64,000 nt of DNA. It comes from Antedon mediterranea (taxonomy: Eukaryota; Animalia; Echinodermata). The stretch spans positions 9,012,101-9,076,100 of the forward strand of contig NC_092677.1 of the NCBI RefSeq assembly GCF_964355755.1, written 5' to 3'. This document shows, piece by piece, positions 1-12,172 of this stretch. Every line of letters starts with the position of its first letter. The first letter of the stretch is position 1. The notes under the pieces are model-generated. The model was not told the origin of the DNA. It searched no databases and saw only the letters and a list, made by a program, of their open reading frames with translations. A program made the position numbers and the translations under genes.

Positions 1-3000
1 ATGGCACGTATCAAGACAGACTCTGAACGTCAAGTTGACACTGACGAAAGACGAGAGCAAGACCAAATGAACCTTATTCAACAAAAAGGTGGGTTTATAC
101 TACATGTTAACTATACTGAATGCAGTCGAATCTTACTATTTCGAAACACCTATAAATAATAATAACAATCCTCATCAAAGGCCCATTATAATAATATAAG
201 GGATCTTAATGTATTGTCCAATTTGTCACCAAAAGAACCCCGCTATTTTCAGTATATGTTCTACCGTAGTTTTTCTTAATGTTTATCGACTATGTTTTCT
301 ATCCACCAGGTACTGCTGAACTTACTGATACAATTAATAACACTCAGCTTCTTGGTGAGCCTGGATACATACCTCCAGAAGGATTGCCACCAGGAGTTGA
401 CCCTAATATGTTCTCTGCCCTCATGACATCCCCACTGTTCCAGAATGTTCGAGAGATGGAAGAGATGTTGATAAATAGTGGAGGAGTGGCTGGCAGTGGT
501 ACTAATGGTAAGTGGATTTTTAGTCGCGTGCAACGAGACTGTACAGCTCACTATGTCGGTCAATTGGTTGGTAAACACTAACTTGAGGATGCGACTGCAG
601 CCATGTATATGGCCTTGGTTAACTTTAGTCAGCATGCAACATTCTCTTTTTGAATCATAAAACATTGCTTCCTTCTTCAACTGAGATCAATTAACTTTTT
701 TATGTCTTGTATGAGCGGTTATATCGTGGAGAACTAAGTATAGTATGATACTGTATATCTGCTTATTTCTGCATGTTATATCCTTTATCCATGTTTCGAG
801 GTGTGTTCATTCAGTAAATATTAGGATTTATATAACACCTATATAAATTCCTGTCATTTGATTGGACGAATGTGGGTCACATGGCGTGCAATAGTACGCA
901 CTATTCAACGATCGTTAAATAGTACTTTTTGAAACCTTTTTTGTGTACGAAAAAAAAACGTCTAGATGTTATATAAAACAAATAATGAATGTTTTGTATT
1001 CGTGTAATGGTACAAATAATGGCACTTGGTGAATGATGAAAGGTTATATCAACTCGGCTTTGCCTCGTTGATATAACCTTTCATCATTCACCTCGTGCCA
1101 TTATTTGTACCATTGCACTCATAAACATTCATTATTTGTATACTATTACAACAAATAGCAAAGATTATATAGCAAGACAGGTAACTGTTGCCAAGCCTCT
1201 ATCTTATAACACTACGCGCCCAGTAAATCCGTGGTTGCCATTCGGGCGGACAGGTTATTATTGTGATTTAAATGTAAATGGTTTAAATTTTGCGGTCCGC
1301 CTCGAAGTATCTGTGGTTAACCATCGTGAGGATTGATTCATGGAAAATGGAAGAAATTATGTAAACAAAGTAAAATAAAAGTTTCTTTGGGATCTGGACA
1401 CTTTCCGATTAATTCTGTGTGTTTACATTGAAATGCTTGGTTAGACAACTTCGTTCTTTGACCGAAACATCGTACGAAATTGCCTTGACAACGACTTTAT
1501 TCCGGTTCAAATTTGTGCGCCGGAATGGCGTCCATGGATTACAAACGTCTCACCCAGTTACCTATCTTGCGCCACGTAGCGGCGCTATACAATCTTTGCA
1601 AATAGTAATCAGTACTATGTTCTTTTAAAAGGTGCAGGAAGTGATCCCTTCATTGACATCAAAGATGCCCAGTGGCTTTGCAGAGGAGAACTCACACCAG
1701 TTGACATCGACAACATCACCACCAGTCAGTTCATTGTCTATCAATTTGGTGTCTTTGTTATTCAAATGTTAAAGCAGAAGTTGCAGACACCAGATATCAC
1801 ACTGCTGCTTGCGTCGGATCTTCCTGCTAACAATTATGAGAAGAACATGTTCCGTAACTCATTCTTTTTCCAGCATGCACGGAATATTCTGTTCATCCGG
1901 CAGGAGCGTCTAGAGTCTGTTGGTGAATTTGTGATGGTGATCATGCACTGCTTGGCTCATATCAAGGTTGATGATCTGATAGATGATCGCAACCCTTTCT
2001 TTATGAGAGCCTTCTATGAGGTATATTCATTTTATTCTTTTTTAACAGTATAATATAAGAGCAGCCTAGCACACAGTGTTTGTGTTTAAAACATTCTAAT
2101 CGTATAGTAGGTTTTCTGCAAGACTTTTATTTTCGAGACTAGGGTGCAGTAAGTTTGGTTTTTATTGTGGTTTATAATTTAAAATTATTTTTTCAAGGCT
2201 ATAACCTGCATTTGTCAAGACATGTTCTTTGCCAGATCTCGCTCCACAACCGTCACAAGTGCTCTGACAGCTAGCGAACCAGAGGCTGGCAAGACTCCGC
2301 TGGAGACTGCGTTTAGGCATGCCAAGACTTCAACAGAAAAGGCAAACGTTGTAGGAGAACTGGTGACATTGAAGGTGTCAGCACCAGTTGAAGCAGACTT
2401 CAGTGATCAGGTTGGTGTTAAGTTTATATATTTTGAGGGCTTTATGTAATTGTCAATTTGTGGTAGTTCTATTATTGAAAATGGATGAAGTGCCTTCGGT
2501 AACACTAACTGCCTTAGCAGTCTGATTTCTTCCTGTCTATTGCAATACTTATATATATTATATACTAGTTAATAAAAATGTAACAATTTATTTGGATGGG
2601 TTTTATGCTAATTTCTTAGAACATTGAAGACCGACTTGATGGATACCAAGAAACAGCTACCAGTGCAAAACTCCGCGAGTTCCTATCCACCAGTGGGGGT
2701 GGTAAGATGTCTGGAGATTTTGTATCTGCAAGGTTACGTGAGTTACGAGGCCAAAATGAACCAGAAGAAACAAAACAAACTGTCCATAAACCAAAGCATC
2801 ATGGTCTGAAGAGTCAAAAAGCACTCCTGGATATGCAAATTATGCAGTTGAATGGTCAGGTGGATAATTATAATACACAATTAGCTCAAGTATTGAATGA
2901 GCAACAATCAATCAGTGAAGGCGTTGAGAGATTGCGAGATCAGGGAGATTTTGATCCGTCACGACTTGAAGTCATGAAGAAACAGACAACTATGCTTGGC

Positions 3001-3090
3001 ATTAGACGAGATAACCTAATGAAAAAGATTTCGCAACTTACAGGAGAGGTTGCCAAGAAACAGAAAGAGCGACAGAGCATTGATCACTAA
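1..3090 (+). CDS. 3' end (last 5 exons) of a large uncharacterised protein with a C-terminal coiled coil
   Basis: Phase-compatible GT-AG exons 1-88, 310-507, 1632-2020, 2198-2410 and 2620-3090 (TAA) give one reading frame (...PFIDIKDAQWLCRGELTPVD...LLLASDLPANNYEKNMFRNSFFF...LFIRQERLESVGEFVMVIMHCLAHI...). AATAAA near 3385. From memory it resembles the C-terminus of giant Cys-rich (GCC2/GCC3-repeat) uncharacterised proteins; that family call is tentative. Confidence 0.85.
820..1142. mobile_element. Non-autonomous Crypton-like / foldback element in an intron
   Basis: Near-perfect ~160-bp hairpin 978-1139 centred on ACTCGGCTTTGCCTCGTT. Inverted TTATATAACACCT (828-840) / AGATGTTATATAA (964-976). 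GATTGG motif near the 5' end. The layout recalls CryptonV-type non-autonomous elements (inference). Confidence 0.5.
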
Positions 3091-3818
3091 AGATTTCAAC
3101 TAAACTAGACAAATGCCACTTCAACATATTTAATTATTTTCAATTTGTTTAGTATTATTTTAAACCTTTACAGATTTTAGTTTCATTTTGTGTGAATGTT
3201 AATACAGTACTTTGAGAAACCCAGTGCTTTATAACATTTAGTTGTACATGTTTTAAATTTTAAGTATTTTCACAGATGGATGTAAATTTTATTTAAATAT
3301 ATAAGATCTGTAAATATAATTGAATGAACTACCTTATTATAGCAAACAGGTATTGACAAATTGAAAAATTATATTTGTAAATATAAATAAGATATTTTTT
3401 TATAAATAACATATTTTATTTGAATCCGTTCAATAATCCTTATCAATTCCGTCCAAGATATTTTCAAATTTCCGTCCTGATGATTAATGTATTGTTGTTC
3501 AATATTGAATTGAATAAATATTAAAGTACATTGATATATGATATCATTTCAGCTGAAATAAAGAAAACTAGATTTTGTAGGTAACAGTACATTTGAAAAA
3601 TGACTGTACTTTAGTATACACTTTTATTTTTAATGTCTACCTTAAGAATTTACTTAATGATAGTAAAGTATAGCATATGTCTACAGTTTGAATAGAATAA
3701 GTTGACTAAATTTTGTAAAGCATACATTTTTACATGGATTAGTATTAAATTGATTAATTAAGGCTTTTCGTTGTGTCAAGAAATATAAAGGTAAATTCAC
3801 ACTCGTTAACACTGTTAT

Positions 3819-3971
3819 TCGACGCTATCGTCGTTGATAGTTTAACAGTTTGACGATCGTTTGAAAACGATCAAGTTGAAATGATAACGATAGCAAGTAC
3901 CTTTTCCTGTAAATCGTTAACATTTCAATGTTTACGTAGAAGATCGCCGATTATTGTTAACGATAGCGTCG
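3819..3971. repeat. Small MITE-like inverted repeat
   Basis: TCGACGCTATCGT ... ACGATAGCGTCGA inverted termini enclosing a CpG-rich island in AT-rich DNA. Confidence 0.4.
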
Positions 3972-6017
3972 ACTAACGTCGACAGGAACACAGACTTTAG
4001 TTTCATAGAGTGGAAGACTCTACTTTATGAATGAATTAATTTAACTGCGCCATGCGAATGTAGTATACATTTAATGTTTACATTAGGCGTACTTCCGATT
4101 CTAAATATGATATAAATAATTCAAATTTATTCATAAACTGTTTATTCAGTTAGGTAGACGATAATCAAGATTCCAAATAAAATATTTACTTTTAATATGC
4201 ACATTTACTTTTTGATATTCACAGAGCTTTTGTTTGCTTTATAACTATTTATAATAAGATTATAAGATATTTTTTATTTTATTTTTATGGATTTTCTAGC
4301 TTATGTAGTACACAATCATTGTACAATAAGAGTATTTTCCTCGACGATCACCAAAAACATTGGTGTATAGAAGTATACTGTAAGTTTTAGACATAAGATT
4401 CGCTATATTTAGATGGAAGATTGTAACTGGAGAAAACGCTTTTATCATGTACAAACGAATCTTGATTGACGCGTTCAAATAGGGATTGTCTAAAGTGTAG
4501 TTAAGTTAAATTTGCGCTATTTTTGCTTTGATAGATATTAGAGTATATTTAAAAGATGTTATCATGTTGATTGATTGTATGCGATTAATGTATTGTTTGT
4601 ATTTTGATGTTTTAAATTTGGAATAATAAAGTTCTATGATCAGACGAGCACCGCGTCACATTTTTTTTTCTGTGTTTCTGGGCTTTGTTTTGAATTGAGT
4701 GCTTTATTTGTTTTTGTTTTTTTTTTCGAACTTTTTGCATAACCGACCAGATGGGTGAGAGCGACGTAGCCCTTGCCGATCGATTCGGCTATTCTATCGA
4801 AATATCGTTATCGCCACAGCTATAACAATACTCGCTATGCATATAGGCCTATATTTAATAATAATAATAATTACACATGCTGACTGAAAAGTTACCAGAT
4901 GCGGTGAGTCTATTGAATTCCGGACGATCCTTTATCAGTTAACAAAAATACAAACAGTAAGATTTAGAGCCATTGGAATAGACACGATTTCAAACTGCTC
5001 GTCGACCCATAGAAGCCCCCCCCCCCCCCCCAGGAGAATCCCCACCAACAAATGTGTGTAACTGCGTCAAACAGTAATAACCTACATTCAGTACACAGCC
5101 GCTATACCAACGGCTATTTGCCCATTTGCGATGCTCATAAATGCTGGAATAAAACTTTAAACTAGAACGCCAATGTACAGTTCATTCGAGTCATTTATTT
5201 AATAATAAATCGCGTTCATGAACTAAGTCAACCTTGTAGCACGTACGGTAACATAAAATAAAATATCTCTGAAGTCCCCACACAGGTTTCATCTCAAGGG
5301 ATTATACGAGACATATAGTTTCCTAAAACATAAGCTAAATCTATGTTTTATATAACCGTCTGCCACAATTCGGATTTGTTTTACTCGATTGTGTTATTAG
5401 TTGGCTCCGTTAATTGGTATTGGTTTTACCGAGTTCATATTGCTCGTTTATTAATAGTAAGTTATTGATTTGAAATTCAAAACAATCTGTTTCTTGGTTT
5501 ACTTTGCCAGAGAAGTAAACCTGTCTGCACTTAGTGATTGATGGTTATGTTCTGACCCTCGACTATTCAATCGTAACGTTGCCGTTACTAAGCAGAAAGA
5601 ATAAATGGAAAATAAAACGATCGATCAACCATGAATTAACAATAGGTAAACTAAAGAAGACGAGTGTGATCCTATTTGAGTATTATAACACGTATAATTA
5701 GGTCCGTTTCAAACTATTTTCTTGTACGAGATACCAATGATATTGATTGGGTTGTAAGTTGTATAGTTGGCAAGTTGTATAGTTTTGGACTTTACTCAAA
5801 GGCAGACGATCACGATAAGGTTGTTGCCGCATTTTGTTGGGACTTCCCTCCTGTAGTAGCCGATTACTTGACTTCATAAATAAGGCTCGATTGTTTTCAC
5901 GACATATAGTGTAAAGAGAATGCAATTTGTTTTTCACGACGTATTGTGGATAATAACACTTTAACAGATTGAAAGGAATTTTTCCCACCGTGGAACAACC
6001 TGTTGAGCTAGTCAATT

Positions 6018-9000
6018 ATGTTTATTACAGTACGATATGGAGGTAAGTGTATAGCAACCAAAATCATGTTATTGTATAAATAGATAACATAGGGTTAAAG
6101 TACATGTATGTTGTAGAGCCGGGCACCATGTAAATTGTATATATTTTGATACATGATTTGATTTATTTAGGGGCGTCAATTTTTCGTTTTGTTTGATGAT
6201 TGTGGAACTATCTTATTTTTCGATAATGCAAGTTGCTAACTATAGTTAGAACTTAACTTTTAAAGCCAAATTGTCATAATACGTGCGCATTCATTTTATT
6301 CATATTCATATTATTTTATTGTGTGTTTGATAAAACTACCATAGTAGGTTGTTAGGGTCTTTGGGTATAGTTCTATTCACTGCATGCAGAATAATGAAAG
6401 AAGCAATTTGATGAAGCGTGTGCAATGTAGGCCTAGTTTTTCCAATTGATTTTACATTAAATTCTAACTGTTCATCAAAACAGTCACAGATGTCAATTTT
6501 AACAAGGTAGGCCCAGAGGAGTGTGCAATCCCCGATAGCCTACGATTTGTTACATCATGCAGTGTTAGAAGAGCATCATTGTTTAAATATATTCCATTTG
6601 TATAGCTTACATAATAACTTGTAGTCTGTGTTCCAGACGGAGTTAAGAGTTTTGTCTTAACAATTAGTTTTTAACCAAATATTTTGCACATATGGCGTTT
6701 CATACGTATACTATAAATAAATAAAAAAGACAATAAATACTATAACTTGTTACGTAATAATAATACACAGTACATTTTTCCATCAGAACGGGAGGAGGCG
6801 CTGTTTAATCCGAATTGCAAGACGATGTTACTTCTGGAGAATATACGACATCGTTGTAGACTCAGTGAAGATGGTCAGTTTAGCTTGTGTAATATTTCAA
6901 ATAGAGAATACGATTTCAGGATTTATGGAAAAAAATCACTTTCTCTATATGTGTGGAAAGTATCATTTTAATTACAATGTGTGATTTCAGAGCCTTTGAC
7001 TAAAGCTTCTATAACCATTCGGTTTATTTATGATTGCATTATCGATTATCAAAATGTTTATATTGATTGTGTCACGATAATGATTAACATTTCATGTATC
7101 TAAATGAATGAGTAATTGTTTGTGTAAAGGTAATTACATGTAAAGATAATGAAAGTCGTTTGAAGATCAAGAAATCATTTTGTAATAAAGTTATTCACTT
7201 AGTTTGGTTAAAATGGTTATGTAACATAATTATGTAATTAGGAAATGGAAATAAAGGTGGTGGAAATTAATTTTAAAATAAAATCTGCTTTTTTCTAGTC
7301 GAAGTTGATCTAGCTGATCCAGAAGGCAATGTTAAACATCTAATTGAAGCTTCCCTAAGATATGCAAATGAGGTTTTGAAAGAAAGAGAAACATTTGTTT
7401 TAATAAAAGTTGAAAGTAAGTAAAACTAAAAATATGTCAATCTATATAAAGATCTAGATTCCTAAAATTCAGTTAAGTTTGGTACCTTAGTTTTGTAACA
7501 GTAAACTAATTTGGTGTCACACACCGGCTAATAATTCTCAATACCTTAATTTGTATCTTTTCAGAAGATGACGAGTCGCGGAAACCTAGCTATATACCAT
7601 TATTGAATGATCAAGAGCAAATAGATGCCGCATTTCTAGGTCGGTCAATCTTGTATTTATATTTATTTATTTATTTATTTGTAGATCTAGGGCCTACTTA
7701 TTACTTTTCCCACTTCACTCACCCCCATTTGTGTGCCGTTGGTTTTGGGAGTTCATAATCAAAGCGTGGAGTTGACGTTGGTATTCATTCAGTCATTGTA
7801 CTTTAATCCTGCAAGCGTGAAGCTAATTAATATTCATAATCGTTTGAAACTATAATTTTCAGTTTATTAATTTACAAGAACATTACAAAACATTCATTCA
7901 ATTTTAATCAATTATTTAAAGTATGGTTTGTTAGTATGTGTATTAACAGGTATTTGTTAGCTATCAAAACTTAATACTACTTTTCAACACCAATATAGTA
8001 ACAGCTAGTTGTTAAGGTATATACCTGTGGAAATAATTACTGGTATTTTTAATTCGTGTAGGCAAAAGAAATATGATGTGATTTTTTTACAGGAAGTTCA
8101 TTGTGGTATAGATAGCGACCAGTGGTCGCTTGAATGGGGTGCATGCGCTTGTTGGGGTGGAAGCTCCAATCGTAGTGGGGGAGTCGGGATATTACTTCGT
8201 TCGGGGCTATCCCTTTCGAAAGTTCGCAGGGATGTGGATGGTACTGTTATCTCGGGATTGGTGAAGTTCGGAGAGAAGTTGGTGCAGCTCTGTTGTGTGT
8301 ATGCTCCAAATGACCCGGCAATTAGGAAGGCGTACTTCGCTGCACTGCCGGAGTGGCTTTCCCCAGCTGTGCCTTGTGTTCTAGGTGGGGACTTTAATTG
8401 CATCATGGATGGAGGTACAGACAAAGTGGGGGGAAACCCGGGGCTCGGAATGTCCGGCTCGGTCGAATTACGTGATTTTTGTCAGGATTATTGCCTGGTC
8501 GATCAGTTCCGCGTGTTACATCCTAATACCGTTAGCACATCCTGGAGCTCTAGCGCAAAGGGTGTTGCCTGTAGACTTGATAGGTTTTATGCATCCCCTT
8601 CAATCTGTGTTAAGCGCTTTGAGTACTCTGTATGTGCGTGCTCTGATCATGAATGGACAGTAATGGAAGCGGAGGTGTCATCCTGCATACGAAAAGGTAA
8701 AGGCGTATGGAAATGCAACATTTCTGTTCTGAATGATCCTGTGTTTACTGAAGACTTCTCTCATAGATATAAGTGGTGGCAGTCGTTAAAGCATGGGCTT
8801 TCGTCAATTCTTGAATGGTGGGATGATGTAAAGAGGAGGTCTAAAGAGGTTATTATCTCCCACTCGGTGAGGATCAGTACTTCAAAGAAAAATGAAAGGA
8901 GAAAATTAGAGAAAGAGTATGAGCATCTAAAATGCCAGCTCAACCGGTCTAAAGAGACAGCAGTTTTGGATTCAATGGCGGCAATAAAGGTTAAGTTAAA

Positions 9001-12000
9001 CAAGCTAGCCCAGGTAGAAAGAGAAGGGGCCCGAATTAGGGCGAGAGTCCGGTTTTTAGAGGAAGGGGAAAAGAGCTCCAAGTTCTTTTTTGGCCAAGAA
9101 AAACAGAGAGGACAGAAGAAACTGATCAGGTCAGTGCGTAACAGTAAAGGCGCGGTCGTCACTGATAGCGAGGAAATCGCTGGAGTTTTTGCTGACTATT
9201 ATCAGGACCTTTTTGACGGAAGCAACTGCAAGTTAGACATACCCGGACAAGAAAGCTTCTTGAATGGTGTAAAAAGGCAAGTTCCAAGAACAAAGGTAAA
9301 CGTTTTGGAAGGAACTGTAGATGCGGCCGAGGTACTGAAAGCTATTTCTTCCATGGCCAAGGACAAGTCACCTGGGTCAGATGGCCTGCCAGTGGAATTT
9401 TATTTGGAATTTTGGTCGCTTATTGGCGCCGACTTAATTGAGGTTTATACTTCAGTATTTCAGTCCGGTAGCTTGTCGAAATCGCAACGGCTTGGTCTTA
9501 TAACCCTGTTACAGAAGCCTGGGGATAGCCAAGACCCAAGGAACCGGCGTCCTATCACCCTGCTAAATGTTGACTATAAGATTTTGGCAAAAGTGCTTTG
9601 TCTTCGTTTGGGTAGCGTGATGGGTGACTTGGTAGGCCCCTTCCAAACATGTAGCGTTCCCGGCAGACGACTTCAGTCTAATTTAGTTCTTCTAAGGGAT
9701 ATTGTGGAATTTTCATCCAGACGCAAGTTTCCCTTAGCAATCATATCTTTTGATAAAGAAAAAGCTTTTGACAGAGTTAATGTTGATTTTTTATTTCAAG
9801 TGTTGAGAAGGATGGGGTTTGGCATGAAGTTTCTTCAATGGCTGCGTGTTTTGTACTGCAACCTATTTCGTGGTGTGATGGTGAATGGTTTTGTCTCTCG
9901 TTCATTTCCGTTAACTCGGGGGGTGAGGCAAGGTTGCCCGCTGTCTCCTTTGTTGTATGTTTTATACATGGAAGCATTGGCGTGCAGGATTCAAAGTTCC
10001 GAGTGCATTCAAGGGGTAAAGCTCCCCGGAAGCGGGGGGAAAGAATGCAAGTTCATCCAATACGCAGATGACCTCACATGTATTAATTCGTCTCGTTCCT
10101 CTGTTATCTCTTTACTAAAATTATTAACGGCGTTTGAGGGAGTCTCTGGTTCCCGATTTAATCTTTCGAAAACATGTGGTCTGTTATGGGGTGTGTGGCG
10201 CGGGTTATCTCGACTTCCTGGGGTGGAGTCTGTCCCGTGGTCTGTGAATTCTTTAAAAGTTTGCGGGGTAGAGTTTGGGGCTCAAGATCCCGGCTTGGCT
10301 ACGTGGGAGAAAGTTGTAGGGCGGTTCGAAACAACAGTTGAAAAATGGAAAAATAGGAAAATGTCTGTAATGGGTAGAATCCTGATTTTGAATTCTATAG
10401 CGTTACCTATTGTGTTGTATGTAGCTCCCGTTTACGTTGCTCCTATGGCTTTGGTCAAGCGTATATATAAGTGCATGTTTTCCTTCGTGTGGAAGGGTGG
10501 TAGAGAAATGGTTTCACGGAAGACCTTATTTTTGCCGAAAAGTAAAGGTGGCTTGGGTCTGTTAGATCCGGTGGCGAAATGTGAAAGTATTCTAATTTCT
10601 TCCATGTCACAGGTGTACAAAGGGGTTGAATGGTCTTTCTTTGGTGCCTTGTGGTTAGGTCGGGTTCTTCATCGACTTGGGATTTTGGTGTGGGATAACA
10701 ACCGTCCCCATGATATGGAACCTCCGAGGGTATATGTCCATCTGGGAAAATTGTGTCAAGATTATTGGCTCCTATGCAAGAAACAAGTTGCTTGGCATCA
10801 GGTATAGAGTAAAGAGGTTTTTAATGCTAGATTAGAGGGGATCAGTCATGTGGCTTCGTGTGTGCGTTTACGTCCGGCCCAGGATTGGGATTAGGCTTTT
10901 AAGGCTCTATGGGGTGGTAGAATCCTTAACTGTAGTAGAGAAGTAGGATGGAAAGCGGTGCATAATTGTCTTCCGGTTGGAGAAGTTTTGAAACTTCGCA
11001 GAATGTCGGTCAAGCGTTTTGACTGTCCTTGGTGTGGTGTTACGGAATCAATCCGCCACTGTCTTATGGACGGCTCGCATCTCGCTTTAGTTTGGCAGTG
11101 GGGGATGGAAGTGCTTAGTCGCTTCCACGGGTTGGATGTCTCAGTGTCTGAGAACCACTTGATATTTTTTTCTTTTAATGCGTCCGAGCAGCTTCTTTAT
11201 GAATTGGCTGTGTTTTTTATTTCTGAGATTAAGTTTGTTATTTGGAAGGCTAGATGTCAGGCCTTGTTCCACAATGAATTTGTTTCGGAAGAAGGTCTTA
11301 TTCTCTTAGTCAAAAAAGCTCTAAAAAATCGTATTAATCTCGAGTTTACACGACTCAAGTGTCAGTTATCAATTTTTCAAAATGTTTGGTGCACTCAAGG
11401 TGTTCTCGCATGCGTGGTGGGCGAAAAGTTGGTTTTTAAGTTGTAAATTAATTCGATTCACTGCGGTGTCTGTTTTCTCGCATCTCGTTTTTGTTCAGTG
11501 TTTAGTTTTTAGAGGCAGGGAGGATCGTACCCTCACGTATTCCGGTCTGCCGTGGGCAGCCTGCCTGGGGCTGAACGCTTAGTGGTTATGTTCTAAGTTA
11601 GTTTATCCTTGTTTGCGTTCGCTCTAAATCAAAAAGGAGTATCTGTTCTTTTCAGCTTAATATCTGAAACGCTGCTCATCGAGTAGCTTCTATATTAAAC
11701 TGATTTTTGAACCTAGGCCATGAAATAGGAGCTTGCTCCATCCTGGCCACGGGTTGGCCTGGTATTGCAGTACATCCAGGATCGGCCCATCCTCTTTGGA
11801 GGAAATACTTAATACAAAAATAGAATTTTCATAGTTTAAGCATACTTAATTAAGTTTCACATTAAAGTTTGCCGACAGAGCGCATACCGTACGTACGCGT
11901 CCACAATGTTACAAAAATGGCTTAGCGGCGCATGTGCCGTTAAGCTGTACGTCTAAAACTTCATATCCCCAACTTAACAATTAAATTTTGTTCAATTATT

Positions 12001-12172
12001 GATTGTCTTATTTTATTGTGTTATCATAACAGCTCGATTATCAACGAGGGAACAATCATCTAGTGGAAGTGCCAAAGGTTCAAGAAAACGAAGAGATGCA
12101 AACAAATCGAACACGTCCAAACGTCCGCCAAAATCAACCACACCGACCGGCAAGAAAGGATCAAAGCGATGA
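6018..12172 (+). CDS. CXorf65/C22orf15-like small protein (Pfam Il2rg-type family), 5 coding exons
   Basis: Exons 6018-6042, 6787-6873, 7299-7415, 7565-7639 and 12033-12172 (TGA), all phase-1 GT-AG introns. Protein MFITVRYGEREEALFNPNCKTMLLLENIRHRCRLSEDVEVDLADPEGNVKHL...YANEVLKERETFVLIKVE...YIPLLND... with a basic tail, matching the family pattern MFIxVxxG...LxNxNC...DLxDxxG. Confidence 0.85.
8042..11446 (+). pseudogene. ORF2 (APE-RT-zinc knuckle) interrupted by two in-frame TAG stops
   Basis: ORFs 8009-10807 and 10958-11446 are in the same frame, separated by TAG at 10805-10807 and ~10892. The last Cys of the CCHC knuckle is replaced (HCLMDG). The first ~10 residues of the predicted ORF are probably flanking DNA. 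Confidence 0.85.
8042..11637 (+). mobile_element. Tx1/L1-clade non-LTR retrotransposon, U2-targeting Keno-like, 5'-truncated, inactive
   Basis: ORF2 has AP endonuclease motifs (DVIFLQE, VYAPN, GDFN, RLDRFY, SDH), RT motifs (KSPGSDG, RPITLLNVDYKILAK, DKEKAFD, GVRQGCPLSP, YADD) and a C-terminal zinc knuckle (CPWC...H). The 3' UTR runs directly into U2 snRNA sequence. ORF1 is absent. Confidence 0.92.
11638..11793 (+). ncRNA. U2: U2 snRNA sequence lacking its 5' ~34 nt (truncated copy)
   Basis: AGTATCTGTTCTTTTCAGCTTAATATCTGAAACG...Sm site GATTTTTG...AATAGGAGCTTGCTCC...CCTGGTATTGCAGTACATCCAGG matches U2 from the branch-point recognition region through stem-loop IV. It is followed by a small hairpin and a 3'-box-like AAAAATAGA (11816-11824). 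Confidence 0.93.

Noticed and set aside
8028-8041. Possible TSD GGAAATAATTACT vs GGAAATACTTAAT (~11801) around the Tx1-U2 insertion
   Set aside because: Imperfect AT-rich match; cannot be distinguished from chance without the empty allele.
10805-10894. Programmed readthrough of the two TAG stops in Tx1 ORF2
   Set aside because: The copy is 5'-truncated and has a mutated zinc knuckle; simple decay is the more parsimonious explanation.
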